A stretch of 58,218 bases of DNA, the filler included, from Sphacelaria rigidula (taxonomy: Eukaryota), in assembly GCA_964200075.2 (NCBI GenBank). It is 10 parts of 10 records of this genome, joined end to end, with 100 filler letters (N's around TTAATTAATTAA, not from the genome) between each part and the next. Parts side by side here need not be neighbours in the genome. Positions count along the whole stretch, not along the records: positions 34,993 to 40,724 come from CAXNAA020024884.1; positions 40,825 to 46,556 come from CAXNAA020024885.1; positions 46,657 to 52,387 come from CAXNAA020024886.1; 7 more parts are not named here. One strand, given 5' to 3'. The notes below the pieces were generated by a model, which made no database searches, was not told the origin of the DNA, and was given only the letters and a program-made list of their open reading frames with translations. Both the position numbers and the translations under genes were made by a program. The stretch's first letter is position 1, and every line of letters begins with the position of its first letter. Shown one piece after another: positions 37,057 through 49,879 of this stretch.

Positions 37057-39944
37057 CTCAGCGACTTGTTCGAGGAAGAGGGGGGGAGCAGCGACGCGAA
37101 CGCCTCCATGACTTCTAGCCCCTCGGCCGCACAGGCCATCAGCGCGGTCGGGTCGGATGGGAAGGAAGCGACGATTGCACCGCCTTCCCCTCAACAGCAG
37201 CAGCAGCAGCAGCAGCCAGCAACGGCACCTCAGGACGCACGGCAAAAACAAGTTGGGGAAGAGGAGGGGAATACCCTGGATAGACGATTCGAGGAGCTCT
37301 GTGGTAGTCCGGCGGTGGACGGTATACTGTCGTTCGATGGTCTCTCCAGGTGCTGCTGCTTTGTAACCATCATTTATTTGAGTCGACGACTAGTTCTTCT
37401 GGGTTGCTGTCCATACTGTGACCGCGGCTGGGTCCCCCTGGGGTTTGTTTTTTTCGGGGACCAGTTCCATGTGCGACAATCAAGAATCGAATCAAATCAC
37501 GTCAAAAGTGAATCAAAAAGTGTCTTGACTACGTTGCGTTGATATTTTGACGTTTTTTTTTTCAATGTTCAGCTTTTGTGTCTCTTTTGGTGCGTCAAAT
37601 TATTTTTGTTGATATGGCTCTTATCGCGTGCTCGGGAAGTGACTCTCCAGTGGGGAACAAACAGCACAATATATATATATATATACACATGTATATATTT
37701 TCTTTCTCTGACCAGCTGTTGATAAAATGGCTTTTTGGATGAAAATTCTCTCTTTTAATGGTACGAACCACAAACATATCATTTTTTGTTATTTTTTTCT
37801 TTCCTAGACGACTCACCTGATGAGTCCACTTCACTCTGTTTTCCCCTCCTTTTTTTCACTGGGGGGGGTTGTGTTGAACAAATCATGACCGATAATCAGG
37901 TGGAACGAGGTGTCGGAGCTGCTAGAGGAGGAGCTGCTGAGCGAAGAGGAGCTACGAGACATGTGGGAAAGCTTACCCAAAGCGGATAATGGAGCTTCGA
38001 TTGATCTTGCAGGGTTCGTCGTCTTCGCACGCAAGGTAACTGACCTAATTATTTTCGACTCACCCCTTCTTTCCCATTTTTTTTCCCCTTTTTTCTGTTC
38101 ATCCTGTTCTGTTTGTCTTTCATTTGTGTTCAGTATTACAGTAATACTCCGTCATGTCCTGTCCCTCTTTCGTTCTTTGTCTTCCCCATTTCTCAAGTTT
38201 CCTCCAGCAAGTGAATCCGTTTGTTCACCTGGAGTACGTCTCTCCCGCGTGGAAAATGACCACTGCTTGCCCATCGACGATGAGTCAATGTACGTCAGTA
38301 AGTGAATCGAAATCAGGCATTCAATCAACTACTTGAACTATTACCGAGGTTATGAAATGAATTACTGATTTGTTTTTGCTGCTGCGACCCGGCTAAGGCT
38401 AGCGGCAAAAAATGGTGGGATGTATGAAATAACGTACGTTATTTATTTGTGACCGCATCGACCGCGAAATTAATTAAAGTCATCGAGTGCTACATCCGAC
38501 CTAAATTTTCCCGAGGTATTAATTGCGATGTTCCTCCGTGATACTTGAAGGGAAACAATTGCAGGGTGTAGACGAGAGACGGAGAGAGGGGGGAACTCCG
38601 TGAAGAGAGTGTTCAAAGTATTTGTATGACTGACGTTGCGAAAAAACAAGAAAAGAGAAAGTGTTTCCGTGGGAGTAACGTCCCTTGGCGCCGTCGTATG
38701 TATTCAAGACCTGCGTCGTGTGCGGCATCGCGTGTGCGACTGAACCCGTCGACAGCGAGAGTAGGTCACCTGATGAATCGGCATCAATTTCACTTGCAAA
38801 AAATATGCGTGATACAGGCGGACTATCCTCGGGGTCCATGGGTTAATCGTTAAAAAATGTGCCGTACAGTATTCCTCTGATCACGTACAAGTTTGTTCTC
38901 GGGAGACGGGGAAAAAAAAAATGTCGGTAACGTAGAAAAAACTCTGTAATTCGAGTCGCACAGATATGAACGGAGCGTACAGACATTTGTCAGGGTATAC
39001 ATACAATGCGTACATATATTTGGCTAACACGTGTTTCTACTTGGAAGCACAAGACGAGAGCGCTGGAGGAGGGGGAGGCAGAGTCGTTTGAAAGATACTC
39101 TCGCCCTTCCCCAAGTATTCTGGTGCAAAACAAGCGTGGACACCGCACTGAATCATCTCGATGGGATTTGTTTTCAAGAGCAAACAGTCTTCGCCGCGGT
39201 TTCTCTCGAAATATCCGATTCCCTCAGAAAAGTACTTGAGTAATAAGTTAACAAACACTTTTCCTTGGGGGAGAAGAACCAACTACAGCGGGGCATGATG
39301 AACCATCACCTAGCCTCTTTGTACGAAAAGTCGGAGGGATACAGGTGGGCGGGTTGGAGTGAACTGCAGTACGAGAAGAGCTGCAGGTCAAGCAAGCTGC
39401 GTCCTCGACAAGGGAAGTGTGAGGTCGTGGCAGGTGCACAGCAGCGTGGTACATAAGGGTTACAGTACGGTACCGCAGGCCAGGCACATGAGGGTATCGC
39501 CCGGGTGCAGGGCTGATCTCAACTTTGACGAATACGTCCAGCACGTGGCCTACATGTACCCTCCCCCCTCCCCCCCCGCCCCTTCTCTTTACTCTATCAT
39601 TTACTTCCCGCCCCCGTCTACTGTTAGCGATGAGTATATCGGAATACCGTTCAAACACAAACTGTGCTTCCCTGCACTGCACTGCACTGCCCTGCACGCT
39701 ACAGCTTGACCAGATGTTCGAGGCAGTGGAAGAGGACGACGCCGCATCCGCCGCTGCCGAGGCCGCCGCCGCCAGCATGACTAGCATGTCATCATCTAGC
39801 ACCACCACACAAGCGGAGCCCACCAGTGCGGAGAAGTCTACGCAGCAGCAGCTCCCGTCGATGCCCGTAACCAAGGCTGCTCCAGGAGAGGTAGTGGAGG
39901 GCGGGAGGGACGGCGCGAAGGCCCGCCTGCTAGAGCTTGTTCAG
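37057..39944 (+). CDS. Partial protein with EF-hand-like helical repeats. Exons 37057-37349, 37900-38035, 39705-39944
   Basis: GT-AG exons with consistent phases give LSDLFEEE...FEELCG...DGILSFDGLSR-WNEVSELLEEELLSEEELRDMWESLPKADNGASIDLAGFVVFARK-LDQMFEAVEE...AKARLLELVQ. Includes a poly-Q tract. Confidence 0.75.
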
Positions 39945-41129
39945 GTGTGCGGTGGGGGCCATGGAGGGCGTATGCATCGATGTCGATGTCGATAGGGAAA
40001 AGTTCGTTCGTTCGTGCGTTCGTTCGTTTCTTTATTTCTCTGTAGAGCGTGTTTACTGCGTGTGTACTGCGTGCTGTGTGTGCTGTGTGCTTTCAAGAGG
40101 AGAACAGTCGGCCCCGCTTTTTGGGGGGTACTCATGATCTTGCATGCCATAGTCGTCTGACCATCGGCTATCCTTTTTTTTGGGGGGGGGGGGGAGTTGG
40201 GAGGGCGTACTTATGTATTGCTTACCTTCGTCATTTGACCATTGAACACGCGTCCTTTTCGAGACGGAACACCTTGGCGAGGGGGGAAGGATTTGTGCCG
40301 TGGTTTGAAGCTATTCATACTTCGTTTGAGTACTTTGGTACAGTACCTTGACCCTCGTCCTGAGAAGAGAGATGTCGCTGCTTGTTCGAACAAGTGATGT
40401 TTGTGTGAAGTGTTTGGCGAAAATCAGTGTTCCTTCGGGTCGGTTTCCCTCTGTCCTCTGTCCTCCGTCGGTGTCTCTCCGTCTGTCTCTCGATCATGTC
40501 CATCTTTGTGTCTGCTTGTTGATTGCTCGTGACGGTGTGTAGGGGCGATAGTATTTTCAAGTGATGCGTGATATCAGTGATGCGAATGGTGCAGATAACC
40601 GAGAATATTCGTCACGCGGCAAGTCAACCCCCCTTCTTTCTTCTTCTTTTTTTTTTTTTGTGACGAATCTGATATTAAAGCGACCAATTAGCGGATCCTG
40701 ATGTGTGAGCGCAGGATGACCATTNNNNNNNNNNNNNNNNNNNNNNNNNNNNNNNNNNNNNNNNNNNNTTAATTAATTAANNNNNNNNNNNNNNNNNNNN
40801 NNNNNNNNNNNNNNNNNNNNNNNNCCCTTCATCTTCTCTTTTCATCAGCAAGTCCGATCTGTTTACCTTGAGTACGTCGATGACGTGAACACGGCTGGGT
40901 GGGTCCCTCGGGGATCAGTGACTGCGCGACAACCATTTAATTCACTCATCAATCACATCTCCGCACAAAGTGGACCACGTCGATGTCAATTACAAAACGC
41001 ACGAGGGGTGGGCCAAATGCCTAGACATTCTTCCATATCGCGCACTAGACCTGCCTGTGCTGCACACGTGAACGCGCTGACCTGCGCTGTTCTGTAATGT
41101 TTATTACTCCGAAGTCACAACAGAAATCG

Positions 41130-41189
<60 letters not shown>

Positions 41190-43769
41190 CCCCCCCCCCC
41201 TCCCACNNNNNNNCCTCCCTGTGCTGCCACCGGAAACCCCGGGACCCCCCCTTTTTTTTAATTTTTTTTTCCCCAAGACACAAAAAAAAACCCCCCCCCC
41301 CCCCCCCCCGCACGCGCCCACCTCTCCACTTCATCGACCCGTCGACCGTTGTTGTCCAGCTACGTAAGATACTCCGGATCAAGACTAATGCACGACAAAT
41401 TGACCACCGCATACAGAGACGAGTTGTTTGCGATCTACAAACCTCAGATACCGCTACGCCCGGGTACTCCACAGACATTGCTTTGTTGGCCAACCATTCT
41501 CGCTTCCCTTCCTTTCCATTTTTGCCCCTATTGTTGAATTCTCTTCAGCGAGTATTGATCTCAATGTTTTGCCGTGAGTAAGTCTGTGTTGTGACCATGA
41601 ACTGGATTATGACCCGCAGGGTTTTGGGGTCACAATTTTATACTAAAACGTAGTCATTACACCATCACAGGGTCGACCGGAAAAGCCGGGAAGGAATGTA
41701 CGTGCCACGATGTGGTCACTTTCACCACGCCCTCAAACCAGGTGGGCTGTGGCAAGACAAAAGGATCCACTGTCATGAGTTCTGCTTATCCCTCTGCCGA
41801 TGACTTGCAGGGTGCCGTGATCAAGTACGTAGTGGATGGTGATCAAGAAGCTGTATATAGGCAGTTGATCGCGGTAGCCGAAAACTGCCCAGGACGTGCA
41901 AGGGTGTATTCAGCGGCAGCTGCTGCTTCAGTCGGAGAGGGGTACTACACTGTACTGTATACTATACTGTTGTATGCATGAGCGCCGCAACGCTGATTCA
42001 CTTCGAAGAGAATTTGCCGCATGCAACAAGGGGGGGAATGGCGGCCCACCCCGACAACAAAGGGCTGTGTGGCAAGGTGATGGGGACAGTAGTGTCATCC
42101 AAAGTCATAAGTGGCGGGCGGCCCGCCGGTCGCCGCATCCTGTTGGAAGGTGGCTCTTTACCATGACTCATACTGCTTGCTACATCAGATGTAGACCACT
42201 TAATGCACACCCTGCACCTGAAAATAGTTGGGATGAAACTTTCGGTCCTCGTCATAATCCTGCGGTTACATACTTGGGTTTTCAGCAACACGCCAGTGTT
42301 TCGTGCAGACGCCAGACACGTCATTCTTGACCAGCCTACTTGGTCGTTCTGGAGGCCCGGTCCCAAACGGGTTAAAGCCGTACAAAGATTACAGAACTGT
42401 CGGGTACCGGTATGAAAGTGTCGGGTACGGTAAATACCCGGGAAAATACCCCGGGTACACAAAAAAGCGTACAATGCAGAACACAACCTTGGAACTTTTA
42501 GACGAACTCGATAAATTTTCAGATGAGCCCCAAGTTCTTCGAGTTTCCCAAAAACATGTTCAAAATTCATACTCGGTATCTATAGGCTGTCTCCGAAGTC
42601 GATAGTCCAGCCAAAAGTAAAACATAGGGAATCTTTCCGTGGAGATGTATTCCGTCGAGACCCGTCATCCGGTGAAAATTTGGGCTTAGTCCCCAAAAAA
42701 GGCGTTTCTTAGAGATTTTTTTTTCTCACCACAAGTAGAGCTTGGAAATGGTACCAGTTATAACTGACCATCATCATTACAATGGTAATAATGGTAATGG
42801 TTACATGAAAAAATTGAATCATGGTTTGAAACCATTTTTCACCTTTACTGGCTTTGCCCTCGAAAATTGCCCAAACCTAACGAATTTTTTAGCTGTAGTG
42901 AAGCCAAATCGCGTGAAAATATGACTCCGGCACGGCGCCCCCGGCGAGGCCCCCTCTGCCGAGGCGGCTTTTTGGCTCGCGGCTGCGCCGCTCGATGACC
43001 AAACGATATACGTGCTCTGACCACAATAATTTGTCGAAGACCTTCGCAGGAGGTATCCAAATTTTCGGGTAACTTCACAAGTACGTAGAGTTCGAGAGAG
43101 ATTTCAAGATATTTCCCAGTCGAATTTTCTCGATTGAGTTTTATCGGCTTCTTCTTGGAGGAAAAATCTCCGAGATCGAGAGTTTTTTCCAGAGAGGTGC
43201 TTCTTTGACCCACTTGTCTCGGGAAAAGTAGATGGCTTTCGGAGATATCGAAGTTTGTTGGGAAAAAAATTTATGAACAACGCCTTCATCAAGCATAGTG
43301 CACCTTACCTGTACATACACCACAGCACATTGTAAGGTGCGGCAGCGGTACAATGCAGCCCCTACCGCTCTGTAACAGTAGAACAGCGGATACGCACAGC
43401 GACAGGAGGTGTGTGTATGTATGTATATACGACAGCAGCATACCTTACGGTGCATGCAGTACAGCTGGAAAGACAGCACACACATGCACGCGCCGGTTAG
43501 AGCGGTACAGACAGTACACAAATGTCGTAGAAAACACAGAATACAGCGTTGAGTGCAGCGGCCGCTGCCTCGTTCACCAATTGAATGATGGCAAGTATCA
43601 TGCGGGCAGATGTCCCCATCTTGAAAAAAAGTCCAGGCGTATCAAATAGTTCCGAAGACTTCTTTTTTCTCGTGGAGAGAAAATGTCAAGGAGAAAGTCG
43701 TCCCCAAACTTTCTGCAAAGACTTGTTCCGGATCATAAGAATTAACTCACACACTGACGATTATTAGGC

Positions 43770-44005
43770 GTCTTCTTTTTCGTCACAGTTCCAACCTTCC
43801 TCAGTTTCCTCGGGACGAGCCCGTGGTCTCGAGGGATCGAAACATGTCTCCCCCGGTATCCGCCTTGCATTTTGGGATCGCGGATTGGATCATGACTAAC
43901 AGTGCTCACGAATTTGATGACGGGGATCAGATAATGTACTTGCAAGGAAAAAATTAAACGCATCTGGCGGTAATGGAACGTGTGTTGTTCCCACCCTGAT
44001 GTCAA
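43770..44005 (-). mobile_element. SINE family B copy
   Basis: Matches the reverse complement of 20160-20450 (AAACGCATCTGGCGG and GGATTGGATCATGAC). Confidence 0.7.
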
Positions 44006-44543
44006 TTGTACGGTTGGACCATCGGGGTGCGACGTTTGTACCGTATCGTCAAGATTCTGATAAGCGAGAGTGGGCGACAGAAACGAAGAACTCTGGTTTG
44101 ATAGATGTACGTCATAGTGTGTTTCTACTTGCTCCATTTTCTATTCCTCATTCTTATGCTTCTTACCCAAACGATCGAAACACACACAAGAAAATATGCG
44201 GCTGCAAAACCTGAGTGTGCTTGTCACAACTGTAAGCACTGAGCTGCACCGTACTTCCTGTGAAGTTGCAGCAGCCGTAGCTGCCCTTTTCCCATCCAAC
44301 AGCCCGTTGGCCGTCATCAGCCTGCTACGTAGGCACTTCGTTTCGATCAGATAGTTGGCCACGGGATACCGAAAACGAGTTGTCCTCGACCCGCAAATCG
44401 CAGATCTCGCTACGCCCTGATCATGATCCATCATGATCGTCCTCTTTCGAGCGAAAACGATCGGATGAATGTCCATGGGTTGTGATGTACCACAGTTAGA
44501 AACGTGTGCCATAATAATATTTTGACGCATACCCCAACCGCCA

Positions 44544-44650
44544 CGCCTCGGCGGTGTAAATTAAAATGGTCCGACTGTCAACACAAGGGTGGAGAGAACG
44601 TGGGTTCGGTTCCCGGTGTGTCGAATTTTTTCTTCGAAGTACCTGGTTTC
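44544..44650 (+). mobile_element. tRNA-like SINE head related to family B, with a different body
   Basis: CGGCGGTGTAAATTAAAATG...CTGTCA...AGGGTGGAGAGAACGTGGGTTCGGTTCCCGG parallels 20120-20190. Confidence 0.55.
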
Positions 44651-47130
44651 CACCGTCGAAAGCTCGAGTACCTGAGATAAAAAAGTAGCTGACTGAGTTT
44701 GTTTGACGAGAGTGGACGCGGTGCGGCAGTGCTGACACTCGTCTCAAGGAAGGGGGCGTACTTATTTGCTGCTTGCCTTAGTCGTTTGACCATTGACCAC
44801 GCATCCCTCTCGAGGAAGGGGAGGGGGTTCAAAGTGCGACAAAATAATTAGTAGAACATGACGCCGCTCCTTATAGCAAACATATATAATCCTGGGAACA
44901 TGCTTTTTTTTCCTTCTTGATCGTTTTACGCCCAAAAGAGAGCTCGGCGGAGTTCGACACCTTGAAATGGGTTGCTCTACTCGTTGAGACGGCTCTCGGA
45001 CGTATTCGTGTTCCCGGTGGCCGCAGGTTCTCTTTTGGCCAAACTTGAATCTTTGTCCCAAGAACTGTCAAGAACGGTCAAATCTAGAAAAAAAAAATGT
45101 CATTTTTCTCTGGAGTTGGCCGCCTCTGGATAAAACTGCTTGTTTGACCTAAATAAACACTGCGGCTAACAGAAAACGTAAACATGTCCTGGAATCGCCT
45201 GAACGAGTACAGCAAGTCATTCCAAGGTGTCAAACCCCGCCTAGCTCTCTTTTCGGGCGTGAAACGACAAAGGACCGAAAAAGCGTTCTCACCGGGGTTT
45301 TGTTGGGTTGCTATAAGAAGCGGCCTAAAAGATGAAAAAATAGAAACCCCGACACCTCTAGAGACGGCCACAGTCCACCACGGTACAAGGCGTTTTTTTC
45401 AGTGATGTTGTTGGTGGGATAGTGGAGGCAGGCATCAGCTACCTGCGTGAAAAAATATCGCGATGTTTCATCACAATACGCGGGTTTGAAGTGACGCGTT
45501 TGCTCAAACAGCGGAGATGATGATCCTTTCAGTTCGCAACCGATTGATGCAAAACCAAGCACAAGAGTAATAAACTGATGGACAGCTACGGCCTCGGCTG
45601 TCGGGCACAGTACAGGGCGCAATGTATGTTGTTATCACCGTGTGAACTGCTTTTGAGGGGAGGGGGTGCTATTTTCTGTTTGCCGTAGGTTGTCAGAATC
45701 CACCGCACTTTCGCATTGTGCCTTTGCAAATTCGCTCGGGGACCAAACGGCACAAGAAAAAGCGTATTTCCACCGTATTAATCAATTCTGCCGCCTTTTT
45801 TCTGTTTGAAGCCTTCTTTTTTTTTCCTAACATCGGCACGCCCCCAGGGCGCGGTGGTTGCCTGAATCGGTAAATCATGGGAGAAGGAGGTCGGTAAAGA
45901 GGCTAGCAAAACAACGAGCGATAACGCGTGTCGCCGTTGTACTATCGAAAACGAAAGGTCGTGGTACTTCAAACTAAAATCAAAGGCGTGGCACGTCACG
46001 CTACTGTCTGTAGCGACCGTCGCGGTGGTCAAATTGCAGTACGAGCTGGGCCAGCCAAGAGTAGGCGCGAACCTCGCTCAGGCGACGCACGGCGAGATAT
46101 TAGAAGTTGGACGCTGAGATTTTGACAGCAGCTTTTTATTATCGAAATGCAGAAACTGGGGAAGCTGTGGTGTGAGCAACTTTTAGCAGCTTTTAAGCTG
46201 GCCAAGCTCGTAGCGATTCGTATAGGTCTAACCAAGGACGCCTTCCCGCGGCAGCGACCACAACCAACAGTCGTCACGCCCAACTATGAAGCGGCCTGCG
46301 CGGCGGGAAGTGGGAGCATCGGAGTGCGGTAGCAATCTTGATCCTCCAAATCACAAACGCTTCGCCGCGGTAGCAGCCGGAGCAAAACAGCGACCTTCAC
46401 GGTGCTTGGATCCAGGCATCGGGGAGTGGTGGAGATGGAAACGGACCAAGGGTCGGACAAATAATAATTTATCTGTAAATTACTTGGTTTTAGTATAATG
46501 AGTCGACTCGTGACGAATCAATCCCTACGCTTTGATTTCAGCGTTGCAACCCAGGTNNNNNNNNNNNNNNNNNNNNNNNNNNNNNNNNNNNNNNNNNNNN
46601 TTAATTAATTAANNNNNNNNNNNNNNNNNNNNNNNNNNNNNNNNNNNNNNNNNNNNCACCTAAGGAAACCAACAAATTAGCCCCCCCCCCCCCCCCCGTA
46701 GGTCCCCCCTGGTCTCACACGGAACTTTCGTAATGTAGGAGCCCTTTTCCGTTCAATGATAATCATAATCATAATCATGATAACTAGGGGTAAGCCACGG
46801 CTGACGCGCGTGGCAGCAGTGCTGCAGGTATCAACACGACGGGTCTCATACACGTGCGAGACTTTGAACGAAATGAGGAAGAGTCGAAAATGACCCTGAC
46901 ATTCTCCAATATTCATCAGTAGAAGCAAATAAGAACTTCTAACCCCACGGCTACCCCTAGCCACAACTGAAGAAAGAAGGCTGACCGTGTTGGCGCCAAC
47001 ACGACAGAGCTACATTCATGGAGAAAAAATTATCCTGAAGAAGCAATAAGGAGCAAACCGATTAGAATAGCGCCCCGTCTCTCTTCCACCCACCGGAGGT
47101 ACGGTAGTATGTCAAGGCATGCTCTTGACC

Positions 47131-47242
47131 CACGGGTGGCCTCTGGGGTGCCTGCAACCTCAAAATGTGGACGTCACAGACCTTGTGCAACGCCCGTAAC
47201 GTTCAAAGTTTGAGGTTGCAGGCACCCCACTGGCCACCCATG
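47131..47242. mobile_element. 112-bp MITE/hairpin with TIRs of about 35 bp
   Basis: CACGGGTGGCC..TGGGGTGCCTGCAACCTCAAA pairs with TTTGAGGTTGCAGGCACCCCA.TGGCCACCCATG. CC flanks both sides. Confidence 0.75.
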
Positions 47243-49879
47243 CCATTTATGTTGTGGTGATGATCCATCAGATTTTTCTTGTCCCCACCGCAGGTTTGCT
47301 AAGGACCTGTCTTGGCACTTTTCTTTTCGATCGAGAAATTGAGGCGGTGGAATCAATCTGAGCGAAAATTTCCTGTTTTGATGCAGTTGGATCCGGATGG
47401 ATTTTGAAGCTTTCGATCGAACAAAGACAGGGAATTCCGTGAAACGGTAGATGGTCACTCGTGTACGGTACAGGCAGCTTGTACTGTTTTCGCTGCTTGC
47501 AAGTGGGGTGTCTTGAGTGCGTGTGTGCGTCTTTCGTGCAGGATGATTTAAAGGAGAAGCAAACAACGTACAGTGCAGACAGGCCAGGACTATCAGTTCT
47601 CTCTGCTTACAATGCGACGTGGAAAGAACTTCAGCAACGTGCAGCTTTGTAGTGCCTGCACTGTCCATGAGCGTGCACGCAACTCGGTTGCCCACCGTAC
47701 CACGCAGTTCCGTCCCTCATGCTTTCCATCAGAGAAGATGCGCAAGTTTTCGCCAACAAAGAATAAACATAGCACACCCAACTACTGTAGTGTATCTATC
47801 CCTGTGCTCAACTCGTGCTCTAGTCTATGCTGCAGGATTGCAGTGGTAGCTGAGAATGGGTTGGATGGAGTTCGCATGGTCCTGTGAACAGGTGTTATTT
47901 GGCGTGGTGGTCTGTAAGATAGGAGTTACCCCCTCTGGAGGAAACGAAAAAAAAATCTGCTGGAGGGCCGCGCACCCCTCCGGAGGCGATTAATTCCTCT
48001 GGAGGCTCCATCAGTTGACCGTCCTAGAGGAGTTTTGGGGGTAGCTAAATGGCCGCTTATGTGATTGCCCCGACAACTATCAGTTTTCAGTCTGATCGAC
48101 AAGCATTTTTATCCAGAATAGGGTTGCACACTAATGTATCACGGTAGACCCTCGCTGACCCTCACAAAATAAGCCATTGATGTAGTACACGAAAAATTAT
48201 GTCCCGCACCCCTATGCCCCCGCCCTCCTATCCCCCCGGAGGACCAAAAAAAAACATCGGTTTACGTTTTTCCGTTCTTCCACCTGTATAATGCAAGTTA
48301 AGCCTCAAACACGCACCAAGTACTCACGACTCTTACTTGTTGGGAACACCTGCGTGCTGCTGTGAGTTGGTTGACTTGGCTTCATCTGACGGTGGTTTCG
48401 GTTGGAGACAATCCCCGACCAAGACCATCCCCTGCGGAAGCCTCAGACAGAAGTTGCAAGAGAACAGCCATAACTCGCATCTAAGAAGCTGCTTATGTAA
48501 ATCTGTTATGACAGAAGGAATCTATCTACTATGATGAGCACCCTCGTCGCCAGTTCCTGTTTAACTGCGGTTCCAGTTTGATCGACAGTATAAACTGGTC
48601 CAGTTAACAGCCCTGACACACCTTCTTTTCTACTTCTCCTCTTTTCTTTACTCATTTCTCATGGTATTATTTGTATTCTCTCTTTCTTTTTTTTCTAGCT
48701 ATCTCTATTTTCTTGCATTCATAATATTTTATTTTATTTTCATTTACTCTTTTTTATTTCAACATTTTCTGCACCTCCGTATCACGGGAGTATGTGGATC
48801 GTATACTACCCCGCGCAAACATATAAAAGGGAGGTACCCCACCTCGGACGCTTCCTAATTTTGTATAGAGCTTCGTATGCGATCGTTTTATGGGAGATTG
48901 TATGGCATTTGGGCGGGGGGGGAGGGGGGGAATATGGTCTAGTACCCTACCCCGTTCCTGATGGGTGAAAAAAAATAGAAGGGTTCATGATATGGGTGTG
49001 CGGGAAGAATTTTTCGTGCACCCCTGCATTGATCATTAATATTGCATTTCAATCAAGTAGGATCAACCTCAGTTGGTTAGGACTCTTGTTATGGAAGAGG
49101 ATTACTCCCTTTTCGAAAATCTCCTTTCGAGGAGCGATCGCTGATTGGGTGCCGAGGGCACATGCAAAGGCTTACCACACAATCCAACACAACCAGAGCT
49201 ATACCTGTGGAACGCTGCGGTCACCACAATTGTATTGCGAGAAATATTCGCAGTGATGCTGTACCGTCTGTAGAAGTGCATATCTAAAAAAACATACCCA
49301 ATCTGTACACACGAAAGCAACTGGGTTTCCTGCCTGTCAGTCATCTACTATAAGTTGAAGGGTTGTTGATGGTGGTTAGTCTCTGTGTGTGAGCTGTTGC
49401 TGTGCGTGTTGTTATGATACGTCGTCTCTGTTGTGTGGGGGTAAATTCAAAAAAGTGCTCGTCGGACCGGCGGGTCTGCTCAAATATGCTGGGGAACTGG
49501 TTCTACATGCTGGGGAATTGGTTCTACTGTAGACGCAGCTTCGTATTCACCGCGAGTTCAGGCAGGTACACGGAGGTCGTGAAATTCATATACGGCATTG
49601 TGAGACGAAGCTCGAAGCTTGCCTGCGACAAACCTCAGAAAATTATGAGAGTATGCATGTCGAACGGTACAAATAAAACCCCGGTGTTTGCTGAACGCCA
49701 TCCTTCATGGCGAAGAGAAGCGCTGAGTTTGGGACGGTAGGGTGTAAGCTGCCGGTGAGCATCGATGCGAGCAGTTGGTGGGCATGGCGTGCTGGCAAAT
49801 TAGTCGGTGAGAAGTGTGGATGCAGTCGATGACGGTTTGTCGTGATGTACAGTAATGTGGTTACAACAGGAGGAACATT

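Noticed and set aside
41712..42170. Possible Mutator-like transposase N-terminus (YPSADDLQGAVIKY)
   Set aside because: Too short, with no catalytic domain or TIRs to support it.
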